Below are positions 30,190 through 41,021 of a DNA stretch of 64,000 nucleotides, one piece after another. Under the pieces are notes generated by a model. It searched no databases, was not told the DNA's origin, and saw only the letters and a program-made list of their open reading frames with translations. A program made the translations under genes and the position numbers. The stretch comes from Candidatus Pelagibacter sp. GTDB taxonomy: Bacteria > Pseudomonadota > Alphaproteobacteria > Pelagibacterales > Pelagibacteraceae. Where the stretch lies: the NCBI RefSeq assembly GCF_052049775.1, contig NZ_JBNGZH010000029.1, positions 6,299 through 70,298 on the forward strand, given 5' to 3'. Numbering within the stretch: the stretch's first letter is position 1; the number at the start of each line of letters is the position of its first letter.

Positions 30190-30969
30190 ATGAGTATGGA
30201 AATTAATATAAATTGTGATTTAGGTGAAAAATCAAAACATCACTCAAATAAGTATGATCCAGATTTATTAGAAATCGTAAATTCAGCCAATGTTGCTTGT
30301 GGCTATCACGCTGGAGATGAGCAAACCATGAATCAAGTAGTAAAAATTTCGAAAAAAAATGGAGTGAGTATTGGTGCCCATCCTTCTTTTAACGATCCAG
30401 AAAATTTTGGTAGAGAAAGAATGAATCTTTCTGAAAGTGAAATAAAAAAACTTATAATTGATCAATACGAAATTCTTCAAAAAATAGCTTCTTCTCATGG
30501 AGAAAGTGTAACTCATGTAAAACCTCATGGGGCCTTAAATAATATGGCATGTGAGGATATTGAGTTAGCTACAATTTTAGCCAAAACTATTAAGGATATT
30601 AATAAAGACATAATATATCTCGTACCTACTGGATCAAAAATGCAAGAAGCTGCAAAGAAATTAGATATGAAGTTCGCTTGTGAAATATTTGCTGACAGAA
30701 ATTATGAGGATGATGGCAATCTTGTATCGAGAAAGAAATCTCATGCATTAATAACTGACCCTGAGCTAGCAAAAAAACATGTATTAAAGATGGTTCAAAC
30801 TCAGTCGCTTAATTGTCACAGCGGGAAGCAAATACCTTGTGAAATCGACTCTGTTTGTATACATGGTGACAATCTAAGCTCATTAGCAACGGCTAAGTCG
30901 ATAAGAGATAACTTGGTTGAGAATGGTTTAGAATTAAAAACTTTAAACAAAATGAAAAAATTTATTTAA
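30190..30969 (+). CDS. pxpA: 5-oxoprolinase subunit A (LamB/YcsF family)
   Basis: NCDLGE, SANVACGYHAGD, GAHPSF, HVKPHGALNN, FADRNY and CIHGD; start taken at ATG 30190. Confidence 0.95.
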   Translation: MSMEININCDLGEKSKHHSNKYDPDLLEIVNSANVACGYHAGDEQTMNQVVKISKKNGVSIGAHPSFNDPENFGRERMNLSESEIKKLIIDQYEILQKIASSHGESVTHVKPHGALNNMACEDIELATILAKTIKDINKDIIYLVPTGSKMQEAAKKLDMKFACEIFADRNYEDDGNLVSRKKSHALITDPELAKKHVLKMVQTQSLNCHSGKQIPCEIDSVCIHGDNLSSLATAKSIRDNLVENGLELKTLNKMKKFI

Positions 30970-30970
30970 T

Positions 30971-31456
30971 ATGAAAAAAATTGTCTTATCTTTATCTATT
31001 GCCTTCTTTATCACAACAAATGTTTTTGCAGCTGGTTCGTCTTCTAGCGGATCAAGTTCAACAAAAACAAACTATGATAAAGCGGTAGTGCATATTAAAA
31101 GTGCTAAAAAATACGAAAAAAAAGGAAAAGTAGAAAAAGCGCAAAAAAGTTATGCAAAGGCACAAAAGCTTTTAATCAAATCAAATGAAAAAAAACCTGG
31201 TAAAGCTGATACTCTTAACTACTTAGGTTTCACAACTAGAAAGCTTGGTGATTTTGAGAATGGTGAAAAATATTATCTTCAAGGTTTAGCTATTGATCCA
31301 AAACACAAAGGTATCAATGAGTATCTTGGTGAATTGTATGTTGCAACTAACAGACATAATCTTGCGGTTGAAAGGCTCGGAGTTTTAGAGGGTTGTAATT
31401 GTGAAGAATATGATCAACTAAAAGCTGTTATAGCAGGTGAGAAATCGAAATATTAG
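30971..31456 (+). CDS. Exported TPR-repeat protein
   Basis: Signal peptide (VFA/AG); TPR helices LNYLGFTTRKLG and YLGELY. Confidence 0.8.
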   Translation: MKKIVLSLSIAFFITTNVFAAGSSSSGSSSTKTNYDKAVVHIKSAKKYEKKGKVEKAQKSYAKAQKLLIKSNEKKPGKADTLNYLGFTTRKLGDFENGEKYYLQGLAIDPKHKGINEYLGELYVATNRHNLAVERLGVLEGCNCEEYDQLKAVIAGEKSKY

Positions 31457-31462
31457 GTATTT

Positions 31463-32071
31463 TCAAATATTAAAACTCTCACTTAATTTTTCTAAAAACT
31501 TACCCTCAAATTTATATGCGAAGGAAAAGTTTACTGTTTTATCTGATGGAAAGTATCCTAATTTAGGATCAACTTTGATTATATCATTATTAAAGTTATA
31601 TGACTTTTGAGAGTGTTCTTTTTTTGTAACAATGATCGTTCTGTCGTTTTCCCAGTACCATTGCCACCATTTTTCAAAAGGCATTAGGTTTTCTATCATT
31701 CTACCCATTGTTACATTTCTATTCTGAAAATAATGATCTCTTTGAGTACCCTTAAGGTATCTAAATCTATTATTTTTAAAATGTTGAATAGCATTTTTTG
31801 AAATTCCTACAACTCTCCAACTCCAGGGCTCATACGCAAATAAAACATTTAGTGCTTTTTCTTTCTTATTGTATGACAAAACTTTACTATTAACGATTTC
31901 CTTGTGAATCTTATATAATTCCATCTTATAAGGCTCACTAGGTTCAATTCTATTTTTCCAAATTTCATCTAATTTTACTTTTAGATGATTGTGTCCAAGA
32001 CTTTTGATTTCTTCATATTCATTTGGAGATATCCTCATGTTATATTGTTTTTCTAAATCTTTTTTTTGCAT
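31463..32071 (-). CDS. Hypothetical protein, no family recognised
   Basis: 202-aa ORF fills the gap exactly, 12 bp after the dctM stop. Confidence 0.7.
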   Translation of the reverse strand: MQKKDLEKQYNMRISPNEYEEIKSLGHNHLKVKLDEIWKNRIEPSEPYKMELYKIHKEIVNSKVLSYNKKEKALNVLFAYEPWSWRVVGISKNAIQHFKNNRFRYLKGTQRDHYFQNRNVTMGRMIENLMPFEKWWQWYWENDRTIIVTKKEHSQKSYNFNNDIIKVDPKLGYFPSDKTVNFSFAYKFEGKFLEKLSESFNI

Positions 32072-32083
32072 TTCTTTAAAATT

Positions 32084-33394
32084 TTAATTAATATTTTTAA
32101 TCATTTGCTCTGGCATCCATAAAGCTATTTCTGGAAAGATCACAACTAATATAACTGCCAAGACCATTAACAAGAATAATGGGAAAGCACTCCTTGCAAT
32201 GTACCCCATATCTTTTTTTGCCATGCCTTGAAGTACAAATAAATTAAAACCAACAGGCGGGGTGATTTGTGCCATCTCAACAACAATGACTAAAAAAATA
32301 CCAAACCAAATCATATCAAAACCTGCTTGTCTAATCATGGGCTCAATGATTGCCATTGTTAAAACAACTGCTGAAATACCATCAAGAAACATTCCTAAAA
32401 TTATATAAAAGATCATTAAGACAAATATCAAAACATATGGAGATAATTCCATATTTTGGATCCAGAGAGCTAGATTTCTTGGCAATCCAGTAAACCCCAT
32501 TGCTAAAGATAAAAATGTTGAACCTGCTAAAATAAAAGCGATCATACAAGAGGTTTTAGTTGCTCCAAGTAAAGAGGATTTAAAAGTGTTTAATGTTAAA
32601 CTTTTTTGAAAATAAGATAATATTAATGCTCCAACTACCCCTAATGAAGCTGCTTCGGTAGCTGTTGCAATTCCTGTGTATATCGATCCAATAACAGCTA
32701 ATATTAAAATTATTACCGGCAAAAGTTGTTTTGATCTTTTTATTTTTTCAAAAAATGAGTACTCCTCAATAATTTTTGGCATAGATTTTTTATTTATTAA
32801 AGACCAAATAATCACATAAGACATGAATATTAGTGCAATCATTATCCCAGGAATAATCCCGGCAATAAATAATTTTGCTATAGACTCTTGGACAGCAACG
32901 CCATAGATAATCAATATGATTGACGGTGGTATCAGCAAACCTAGTGTTCCTGAACCCGCTAAACTACCTAGTAAGATTTTTTCTGGATAATTTCTTTTTC
33001 TTAATTCGGGAATAGACATCTTGCCGACTGTTGCAACAGTTGCTGCCGAAGAGCCTGAAATTGCTGCAAATAATGCACATCCGACAACATTAACATGGAT
33101 TAAACCTCCCGGTAATTTTTGCATCCAAGGAGATAATCCTTTGAATAAATTTTCAGAAAGCTTTGTCCTAAATAAAATCTCACCCATCCAGACGAATAGT
33201 GGTAATGCGGTTAGTGTCCAAGAGGATGATGTGCCCCATATTGTTGTAGCCATCGCATCACCGACTGGTCTTGAGGTAAATAACATCATGCCAATAGCCG
33301 ATACACCAATCATACTTAACGCAACCCAAATTCCGGATCCTAAAAAAAATAGCAAAACACTGATAAAGAAAATTGTTAAAAGTATCTCGGTCAT
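32084..33394 (-). CDS. dctM: TRAP transporter large permease
   Basis: ALPLFVWMG, FAAISGSSAAT, GLLIPPS, ATEAAS and QITPPVGFNLFV. Confidence 0.96.
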   Translation of the reverse strand: MTEILLTIFFISVLLFFLGSGIWVALSMIGVSAIGMMLFTSRPVGDAMATTIWGTSSSWTLTALPLFVWMGEILFRTKLSENLFKGLSPWMQKLPGGLIHVNVVGCALFAAISGSSAATVATVGKMSIPELRKRNYPEKILLGSLAGSGTLGLLIPPSIILIIYGVAVQESIAKLFIAGIIPGIMIALIFMSYVIIWSLINKKSMPKIIEEYSFFEKIKRSKQLLPVIILILAVIGSIYTGIATATEAASLGVVGALILSYFQKSLTLNTFKSSLLGATKTSCMIAFILAGSTFLSLAMGFTGLPRNLALWIQNMELSPYVLIFVLMIFYIILGMFLDGISAVVLTMAIIEPMIRQAGFDMIWFGIFLVIVVEMAQITPPVGFNLFVLQGMAKKDMGYIARSAFPLFLLMVLAVILVVIFPEIALWMPEQMIKNIN

Positions 33395-33877
33395 TTAATC
33401 TTTTTTGATGGTTAAAATAAATTGATGAAAAACGCTTATAAAAAAAATTGTTGATCCAATAGCTACACTTGTTTGGGGAATCCAAATCAAAATTTCATCT
33501 GCTCCTTCACTTCGTTCTTGAAATTTATAGGATATAATTAACATTTTAACGAAGTAAAAAGCTAGGTATCCTGAAAAAAAGCTTGCAATACTTAAACACC
33601 AGGTTTCAATAAATTTTTTCTTTGTGCCTGATAATTTTTCTAAAAAAAGTGTAATCCGAATATGCCCTCCTTCTACAAATGTGTACGCTAATGCAAAAAA
33701 AGATGCAGCAGCCATACAATAACCTGAATACTCAGCAAGACCTCTTATATAAAAACCAAATATTCTCGACGAGATACCAATAAGAATAAAAACTGCTACT
33801 AAAATTAAGAAAAAAGCAGCGACATAACCTGAAAATTTATAGAGTTTATTTAAATTTCTATCTAGTGATTTTAACAT
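33395..33877 (-). CDS. dctQ: TRAP transporter small permease
   Basis: 4 TM with GGHIRITL; lies between dctP and dctM. Confidence 0.93.
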   Translation of the reverse strand: MLKSLDRNLNKLYKFSGYVAAFFLILVAVFILIGISSRIFGFYIRGLAEYSGYCMAAASFFALAYTFVEGGHIRITLFLEKLSGTKKKFIETWCLSIASFFSGYLAFYFVKMLIISYKFQERSEGADEILIWIPQTSVAIGSTIFFISVFHQFILTIKKD

Positions 33878-33883
33878 AACAAT

Positions 33884-33914
33884 TTAAGGCCACTCAAATT
33901 TTAAGTGGCCTTAA
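33884..33914 (-). terminator. Hairpin between dctP and dctQ (attenuating terminator or mRNA stabiliser)
   Basis: TTAAGGCCACT-9 nt-AGTGGCCTTAA, a perfect 11-bp inverted repeat. Confidence 0.65.
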
Positions 33915-33928
33915 TTTTAAGAATTGAA

Positions 33929-34900
33929 TTATTTATAACTTGATAAAACAGCAGCTCCTCTTGAACCAGCTTTTTGAGACCATTCCTTAGCCATAGTCTC
34001 TCCAACTTTTTCAAAATGAGCTTGTAGTGGTGCATTTACTTTACCGACTACCATACCAGCATCAGCTAAAGCTTTTTTATCACCAACGTTGCCTTGTTTT
34101 GACAATTGCCAACCTTTTCTTTCAGCTAAAGCTGCTTGTTTCATAACAAGATCTTTAGTTGCCTGATCTAATTTATTCCAAGCATCTTTATTCACAATTA
34201 TCATGTTTTTTGGAAACCAAGCTGCAATATCATAAAAATATTTCACACCATTCTCCCAAATTTTAGAGTTTTTACCAGTAGTTGGTGAAGTGATCATACT
34301 TTCTACAGCACCTGTAGAAAACGCCTGACTAATTTCAGCAGCCTCTATTTTTGTAGGAGCCATTCCTGTTAGCTCGGCAATTCTAATAGTAGCAGAATTA
34401 TAAGCTCTAAATTTAAGACCTTTTAAATCTTCAACAGAGTTAATTTCCTTTTTACTATACAAGCCTTGCGCTGGCCACGGCACAGCATAAAGAAATACCA
34501 AGCCTTTCTCGTCTAGTCCTTTAACGATTTCGTCTTTTGACGCTTTATATAACTTCATTGCATCGGCGTAAGACGTTGCTAAGAATGGTTGAGAGTCTAC
34601 TTCTAAAAGTGGATCCTCTTTTCCTAAAGCTGACATAAATCTCTCACCAATTTGAGCTTGACCTGTTCTTACTGCTCTAAAAATTTCTCCACCTTTAAAC
34701 AACGAACCACCAGGGTGTGTTACAATTGTTAACTTGCCACCACTTTTTTCAGTAACATTTTTTGCGAATTCAGCTGCGTTTGCAGAATGAAAGTTCCCCG
34801 CCCCATAAGCTAGAGCCATGTCCCATTTCTCTGCAATTGCAAGATTAATTGACAAAATTAATGAAACTAAAATAGTTGATAAATATTTTAAGAATTTCAT
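33929..34900 (-). CDS. dctP: TRAP solute-binding protein
   Basis: Signal peptide, DLKGLKFRAY (conserved carboxylate-binding Arg) and ALSTG-like AFSTG; GGAGG Shine-Dalgarno. Confidence 0.95.
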   Translation of the reverse strand: MKFLKYLSTILVSLILSINLAIAEKWDMALAYGAGNFHSANAAEFAKNVTEKSGGKLTIVTHPGGSLFKGGEIFRAVRTGQAQIGERFMSALGKEDPLLEVDSQPFLATSYADAMKLYKASKDEIVKGLDEKGLVFLYAVPWPAQGLYSKKEINSVEDLKGLKFRAYNSATIRIAELTGMAPTKIEAAEISQAFSTGAVESMITSPTTGKNSKIWENGVKYFYDIAAWFPKNMIIVNKDAWNKLDQATKDLVMKQAALAERKGWQLSKQGNVGDKKALADAGMVVGKVNAPLQAHFEKVGETMAKEWSQKAGSRGAAVLSSYK

Positions 34901-35013
34901 TTGTCCTCCATTTTTATTAAGACTATTTCATTATGTATTAAAATAATTATCAATAAAAAAATAATACTACTTTTAATTGAATTATTTTAAATATTTTATA
35001 CTATGCTCTTACT

Positions 35014-35625
35014 TTGTTAGAAGAAGCGCTCATATTAGTTCAGATTATTTTTATCGATATAATCTTAGCAGCAGATAATGCAATCATCATTGGTTTGATT
35101 GCTGCAAACTTTGCACCAAAACATAGAAGACAAATTATTTTATGGGGAGTGGCTGGTGCTTTAATATTTAAAGTTATTTTTGCGTTATTTGCAACTTACT
35201 TGTTCAAATTTTATTTTATCAAAATTTTAGGTGGTTTACTTTTAATCTGGATTGTAAATGATTTAAGAAAAGATCTTTTTGAAATAAAGAAAGTAAAGTC
35301 GCCAACAAAAAAGTCTAAAGAACCATCTTATATTCAAAGTGTTTATAAAGTTTTATTTGCAGACATTACAATCAGTTTTGACAATGTTATAGGCGTAGTT
35401 GGAGCTGCCAAAGGTAATTTTGGCTTTATGATATTTGGACTGGTTTTATCAGTAATTTTAACAGGGGCAATGGCGACATATCTTGCAAGTTATATTCAAA
35501 AACATTTATGGATTGCCTATGTTGGTTTAGGTTTTATTCTTTTAGTAGCCCTTCAATTAGTAATTGGAGGTTTAGTAGACTTAGAAATTTTATCAATCAA
35601 CGAACAATTTAAGAAATATTTTTAA
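35014..35625 (+). CDS. TerC/YjbE-family membrane protein
   Basis: DIILAADNAIII, ADITISFDNV and 6-7 TM. Confidence 0.88.
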   Translation: MLEEALILVQIIFIDIILAADNAIIIGLIAANFAPKHRRQIILWGVAGALIFKVIFALFATYLFKFYFIKILGGLLLIWIVNDLRKDLFEIKKVKSPTKKSKEPSYIQSVYKVLFADITISFDNVIGVVGAAKGNFGFMIFGLVLSVILTGAMATYLASYIQKHLWIAYVGLGFILLVALQLVIGGLVDLEILSINEQFKKYF

Positions 35626-36395
35626 TACGAATGTTTTTTAGTTGGATATTTCTTAGATCTTACCTCTGAAGCATATTTTCTTAATCCGGCATTGATATAT
35701 TTTTTTACGTTTAGAAATTGTTTAACAAATTTTATTTTTGTTTGGTTTAGACCAATTAAATCATCCGTAACAAGAACCTGACCATCGCAATGAACAGATG
35801 AACCAATTCCAATTGTTGGGATATCTAAATTTTTTGTAATTTGTTTTGCTATTGGTGTTTTTATACACTCCAGGACAATTGCAAAAACTCCATTATTTTG
35901 AAGTAATAAAGCATCATTAATTAATTGATTGATCTCTTTAGTGGTCTTTCCTTTAGATTTAAATTTACCTTTGGTTGATTGGGGTAATAATCCAAGATGG
36001 CCCATCACAGGAATCTTGTTTTTGGTTAGTAGTTTAATTTGATGGATTATTTTTTTTCCACCTTCTAACTTCACTGCATCACACTTGGTTTCCTTAATTA
36101 TTTTTTTAGCATTCTTTAGAGCAGCGTTTGATGTTGAATAGGTGTTAAATGGCATATCAACAACCATTAAACTTTTTTTAACTCCAAGTCTTACGCTCTT
36201 AGAATGATTGATCATTTCGGTTAGGGTAACTTTTCTGGTAGTTGAATAATTGTACAATACTGAACCTAGCGAATCTCCCACTAATACAATATCAACATAT
36301 TTATCTACCTCTTCTGCAATATTTTTTGAATACGCAGTAAGACAAACAATTTTAGATTTATTTTTTTTATTTATAATTTTTTTTATTTTTTTCAT
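35622..36395 (-). CDS. panB: 3-methyl-2-oxobutanoate hydroxymethyltransferase
   Basis: [32 protein letters not shown] and DGQVLV. Confidence 0.96.
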   Translation of the reverse strand: MKKIKKIINKKNKSKIVCLTAYSKNIAEEVDKYVDIVLVGDSLGSVLYNYSTTRKVTLTEMINHSKSVRLGVKKSLMVVDMPFNTYSTSNAALKNAKKIIKETKCDAVKLEGGKKIIHQIKLLTKNKIPVMGHLGLLPQSTKGKFKSKGKTTKEINQLINDALLLQNNGVFAIVLECIKTPIAKQITKNLDIPTIGIGSSVHCDGQVLVTDDLIGLNQTKIKFVKQFLNVKKYINAGLRKYASEVRSKKYPTKKHSY

Positions 36396-37954
36396 TCAAG
36401 CTCAATGGTGCTCGGCGGTTTAGATGTAACATCATAAACTACTCTATTTACTCCTCTTATGCTATTTACAATTTTATTTGAAATCATTTGAATAAATGAT
36501 TTTTTGAAGTCATAAAAATCAGCTGTCATTCCATCCTCAGATGTAATTGCTCTTAATAGACACAAATATTCATAAGTTCGATTATCACCCATGACACCTA
36601 CTGTTTTGACTGGAAGCAATGCAGCATAGGCTTGCCAAATTTTATTATATAAATTGTGCTCTCTTAAAGCTTGAATAAAATAATTGTCAGCTTCTTTTAA
36701 AATTTTGATTTTTTCTTTAGTAATGATGCCAGGCATTCTGATCGCCAATCCAGGTCCTGGAAACGGATGTCTTGAAATAATTTCTTTACTAAGTTTTAGT
36801 TCTAATCCTAATTTTCTAACCTCATCTTTAAATAAAAATTTTAATGGTTCTACCAATTTAAGTTTCATTTTCTTTGGTAAACCACCTACATTATGATGAG
36901 ATTTGATCTTTGAGGTTTGGCTTCCAGTCACTGACTTACTTTCAATAAGATCTGGATAGAGCGTTCCTTGTGCTAAAAATTTTACATTTTTTATTCTTTT
37001 AGCGTATCGTTCAAAAATTTTGATAAATAAATTTCCAATTATTTTTCTTTTTTTCTCTGGGTCAGAAACATTGTTGAGCTTTCTCAAAAATTCATTCTCT
37101 GCATTCACATAAATTAGATTTATTTTCAATTTTTTTTTAAAAGTTTTAACTACTTGTATTTCCTCATTTTTTCTGAGAAGACCCGTGTTAACGAAGATAC
37201 AAAACAATTTTTTACCAATTGCTTTATTCAATAGTTGAGCGACAACACTACTATCAACTCCACCTGATAATGCACATATTACTTTATTTTTACCGACTAA
37301 ATTTTGAACATCTTTTATCAATTTTATCTTTTGATCTTTTGATGACCAATTTCTTTTAATTTTACATATCAAAAATATAAAATTATTTATTAATTTTTTT
37401 CCATTTTCTGTATGGGTAACTTCGGGATGAAATTGGACACCATAAAAATTTTTTTTCTTATTCTCGATAATAGCAAATTTTGAGTTTTGACTTGAGGCAA
37501 TAACATTAAAATTTTTGGGAAGTTTCGAAACTTGATCAGCATGACTCATCCAAACTTTATTAATATTTTTTTTATTAAAGAAGTTTTTTGTCAAAATACT
37601 TTCCCTCTTTTTGCGAATATTCGCTAATCCAAACTCTCTATATTTTGATTGTTTGACTCTGCCCCCGTTAAGTTTTGATAAAATTTGATGACCAAAACAA
37701 ATACCTAAGACTGGTATTTGATTTTCGATAATCCTTTTATCAAAAGAATATTTATTAATTTGGTAAACATTTAATGGTCCGCCTGACAAAATTATTCCTT
37801 TAATTGAATTATCAATATTTTTATTTTTAACTTTTTTATGACTAATAATTTCGGAATAAACTCCGGACTCTCTTATTCGCCTGGCTATTAACTGAGTAAA
37901 TTGTGAACCAAAATCTATTATTAAGATTTTGTTCAAATTCTTATCAAGACTCAT
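36392..37954 (-). CDS. guaA: GMP synthase (glutamine-hydrolysing)
   Basis: [40 protein letters not shown] and KPPSTIELE. Confidence 0.98.
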   Translation of the reverse strand: MSLDKNLNKILIIDFGSQFTQLIARRIRESGVYSEIISHKKVKNKNIDNSIKGIILSGGPLNVYQINKYSFDKRIIENQIPVLGICFGHQILSKLNGGRVKQSKYREFGLANIRKKRESILTKNFFNKKNINKVWMSHADQVSKLPKNFNVIASSQNSKFAIIENKKKNFYGVQFHPEVTHTENGKKLINNFIFLICKIKRNWSSKDQKIKLIKDVQNLVGKNKVICALSGGVDSSVVAQLLNKAIGKKLFCIFVNTGLLRKNEEIQVVKTFKKKLKINLIYVNAENEFLRKLNNVSDPEKKRKIIGNLFIKIFERYAKRIKNVKFLAQGTLYPDLIESKSVTGSQTSKIKSHHNVGGLPKKMKLKLVEPLKFLFKDEVRKLGLELKLSKEIISRHPFPGPGLAIRMPGIITKEKIKILKEADNYFIQALREHNLYNKIWQAYAALLPVKTVGVMGDNRTYEYLCLLRAITSEDGMTADFYDFKKSFIQMISNKIVNSIRGVNRVVYDVTSKPPSTIELE

Positions 37955-38384
37955 TTTTTTTGGGTTCTATATTTGCAAGGGTATCTAAAATTTTTTTATT
38001 TTCATTACAGAGTTTTTTGCAAATCTTAGAAAAAGTATTAGATAAATCTTTTACTTTTGAATAATTAGATCTCTCTAAAGCTATTTTCATAGACATTAAT
38101 ATTGCTTCCTCGTTATTAGGTTCAATTAATAATGTTGCTTCCAAATTTTTTTCTTCTTTATCTTGATCTTCTTGAATGTTGTAAATTTTTGCTAAATAAA
38201 GATAAGAATTTGAGTCTTTAGGATTAAATACTATTCCTCTTTCAAACATAAACCTAGCATCCTCATATTTTTTATCTTTGAATAATTTTAAACCTTTATT
38301 AAAAAAATTTTCATCCGCTATAGCAATACTCATGCTATTAATTATTAAATATAATAAAAAAATTAATTTAAATATTTTTGTCAT
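37944..38384 (-). CDS. TPR-repeat protein, probably exported
   Basis: Hydrophobic N-terminus followed by TPR-like helices (YLYLAKIY). Confidence 0.75.
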   Translation of the reverse strand: MTKIFKLIFLLYLIINSMSIAIADENFFNKGLKLFKDKKYEDARFMFERGIVFNPKDSNSYLYLAKIYNIQEDQDKEEKNLEATLLIEPNNEEAILMSMKIALERSNYSKVKDLSNTFSKICKKLCNENKKILDTLANIEPKKNES

Positions 38385-39460
38385 TAGTATTTACTATCAT
38401 TTTTAACGATATCGACATTATGAACCATACTTTCATAAAATCCAGCTTTTGTAATTTTAACAAATTGCGGTTTATATCTTAAATATTTTATCTGTTTGGA
38501 ACCAAGATAACCCATAGATGATCTTAATCCACCAACTAATTTAAAAATAACTTTATCAACTTTACCTTTATATTTTGCTAATCCTTCTACTCCCTCGGGC
38601 ACATACTTTGAACTATCTTTTTGTTTTTTTTGAAAATATCGATCAGCCGAGCCTTTGTTCATCGCGCCTACCGAGCCCATGCCTCTAAAACTTTTAAATA
38701 GTTTACCATTTTTTTTTATGAGTTTACCCGGCGTTTCATCAGTTCCTGCAAACAATGAACCTATCATGACTGCATCAGCGCCAGCAGCAAAAGCTTTAGC
38801 GAGGTCACCTGAGTATTTTATCCCTCCGTCAGAAATAATTTTTACATTTTTATTTTTTATGCCACTTCTTACATTTAATATTGCGCTTAATTGAGGAACT
38901 CCAATACCCGCAACCAACCTAGTTGTGCAGATAGAACCGGGACCAATCCCAACCTTAATTATATCAACACCTAATTTAAGTAAAAATTTAGCTGCATCTG
39001 GTGTTGCTATATTTCCAGCACATAGAGCTGTTTTTTTATTTTTAATTTTTTTGATAAATCTAATTATTTCAGAAACTTTTTTGGTGTGTCCGTGAGCGGT
39101 GTCCACAACAATCATATCCAATTTTTCTTTTAATAGTGCTTCAGCTCTTTTGAACTCGTTAGGTCCTGCTCCCACAGCTGCACCTACTAGTAATTTTTGT
39201 TTTTTTACTTTCTTAACTTCAAGAACTTGTTTTTTGATATCTAAATTTCTGTGAATTATTCCTAGTCCACCAGATTTTGCAATAGCAATAGCCATTTTGC
39301 TTTCGGTTACGGTATCCATTGCTGATGATAAAAGTGGGATTTTAAGTTTTAATGAATCTGTTAATTTGATACTCGTATCAACCTCTGAGGGTAATATTTC
39401 AGAGTACTTAGGAACTAAAGTAACGTCGTCAAAGGTAAGTGCTTCTTTTATAGGAACCAT
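38384..39460 (-). CDS. guaB: IMP dehydrogenase (short form without the CBS subdomain)
   Basis: [28 protein letters not shown] (catalytic Cys), DGGI, RGMGS and PEGVEG; only 358 aa. Confidence 0.96.
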   Translation of the reverse strand: MVPIKEALTFDDVTLVPKYSEILPSEVDTSIKLTDSLKLKIPLLSSAMDTVTESKMAIAIAKSGGLGIIHRNLDIKKQVLEVKKVKKQKLLVGAAVGAGPNEFKRAEALLKEKLDMIVVDTAHGHTKKVSEIIRFIKKIKNKKTALCAGNIATPDAAKFLLKLGVDIIKVGIGPGSICTTRLVAGIGVPQLSAILNVRSGIKNKNVKIISDGGIKYSGDLAKAFAAGADAVMIGSLFAGTDETPGKLIKKNGKLFKSFRGMGSVGAMNKGSADRYFQKKQKDSSKYVPEGVEGLAKYKGKVDKVIFKLVGGLRSSMGYLGSKQIKYLRYKPQFVKITKAGFYESMVHNVDIVKNDSKY

Positions 39461-39497
39461 AATCTTTTATATATGATTCCTTTTAAATTAAAAGTGT

Positions 39498-40109
39498 CTA
39501 TCTAAGATTTTTACAAATAATAAAACTCTCTTTAGAATCTTTTCGACTCGACTTAGGTTTAAAAACCTTTACTTCTTTAAAAATTTTTTTTCCTAGTGCG
39601 ACAATTTCATTAAAAGATCTGCCCATAAATATTTTAGCAATAAAAATACCCTTTTCAGATATTACATCTTTTGAAAATACCATCGCCTCTTTACATAACT
39701 CTCCTGTTTGGATTGCATCAACATCTTTTATTCCAGTCGTATTTACTGCCATATCAGACATAACCACATCAATTGGATTGTTGAAATTTTTTTTTATTTT
39801 CTCTTGAATATTGGGCTCTGTGAAATCACCTTCAATTTGAATAGTGTTTTTAATTTTTTCCATTTTTTTTAGATCTATCGAGATAATTGTTCCATTTTTT
39901 ACAACCTTTGAAGCATATTGAGACCAACTTCCTGGTGCAGCACCAATATCTATTACAGAAATTCCACCCTTAAAAACTTTAAACTTTTCATCAATTTCAA
40001 TTAATTTATATGCAGATCTAGCTCTATAACCATCCACTTTGGATTGACGAACATAAGTATCTCTTCTTTGTTTATTAATCCAATTTTTTGAAATTTTATT
40101 TTTTTTCAA
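39498..40109 (-). CDS. rlmE: 23S rRNA Um2552 methyltransferase (FtsJ)
   Basis: YRARSAYKL, DIGAAPGSWSQ, SDMA and KPKSSRKDSKE. Confidence 0.96.
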   Translation of the reverse strand: MKKNKISKNWINKQRRDTYVRQSKVDGYRARSAYKLIEIDEKFKVFKGGISVIDIGAAPGSWSQYASKVVKNGTIISIDLKKMEKIKNTIQIEGDFTEPNIQEKIKKNFNNPIDVVMSDMAVNTTGIKDVDAIQTGELCKEAMVFSKDVISEKGIFIAKIFMGRSFNEIVALGKKIFKEVKVFKPKSSRKDSKESFIICKNLR

Positions 40110-41021
40110 CTAAATATCAAATCTTAAACTTTTATTAATCTTTTTATTATCTAAAGTTTCTAATTCTATCTTAATACTTTTATCTACCCGCATATCTTTG
40201 CCATCTTTCCATATTCCAGCTGCAAGGTGCATTATACCTATTTTGTAATTAGGAAGATAAGGTTCTACAAATGTTTTTTGATTTTCATCATATTTAGGTA
40301 AAAGATTGCTAGTGATCCAATTACAATTTAAAGGTAAAAATTCTGTTTCAAGATCGTCAATATAGACTGACATATTAATCGCTAATCCTTCAGAACCAAA
40401 AATATTTCCAGCCTTTAGTGTTTCTGATAAATTGTTTTGCCACAAGCTCCACCCTTTTGAGTTTTTTTCTAAAGAAAATACGCCAATATTAATGTGTGGA
40501 GTAAAAGCAAGTTTTCTAGCTTTATCAGTACCAATTTTTGATTTTATTGCATGTTTAAAATTCTGGGATTTGATTATTGCTAATTTTCCAAATAACCAAT
40601 TTACTTTTGAAGTGATTTTGTAACCTGGTCCTATTGTTTGTGTAATACCCAACTTACCATTGTCGCAAGCTTGAAAATAGAGCTCAACAGAACTCCAATC
40701 ATTTACCCAAGCATCACAATCAATCCACAAATATTTTTCATAGTTTGGAAAATATTTAGGTAAAAATGCTCTTGAAACTTGGCTTTTAAGCCATTCCTTT
40801 TCTTTAACTTTAGATTGAGGAACTTCAATATCCCACTCTGCAGATTTAATTTCATCTACTTTAGTAGATAATTTTTCTTTTTGATCTTTGTTTAAGCCTG
40901 CATCTAAAATACAGATCGCAACATTCTCACTTTCTTTGAATCTTTTTATAGAATTAATTAATTCCTCTAATAAAGGAAAATAGTTAGCATCAGCAAGAGA
41001 AACTATTGTGTTTTTTTTCAT
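40110..41021 (-). CDS. Glycosyltransferase-like protein (GT-A fold, DxD motif)
   Basis: SLADANYF, ILDAGL, YLWIDCDAW (DxD) and late IMHLA His motif. Confidence 0.65.
   Translation of the reverse strand: MKKNTIVSLADANYFPLLEELINSIKRFKESENVAICILDAGLNKDQKEKLSTKVDEIKSAEWDIEVPQSKVKEKEWLKSQVSRAFLPKYFPNYEKYLWIDCDAWVNDWSSVELYFQACDNGKLGITQTIGPGYKITSKVNWLFGKLAIIKSQNFKHAIKSKIGTDKARKLAFTPHINIGVFSLEKNSKGWSLWQNNLSETLKAGNIFGSEGLAINMSVYIDDLETEFLPLNCNWITSNLLPKYDENQKTFVEPYLPNYKIGIMHLAAGIWKDGKDMRVDKSIKIELETLDNKKINKSLRFDI

Noticed and set aside
38384-39460. Short guaB as a possible pseudogene
   Set aside because: All catalytic motifs are present in one frame and only the dispensable CBS subdomain is missing, which is a known natural variant.
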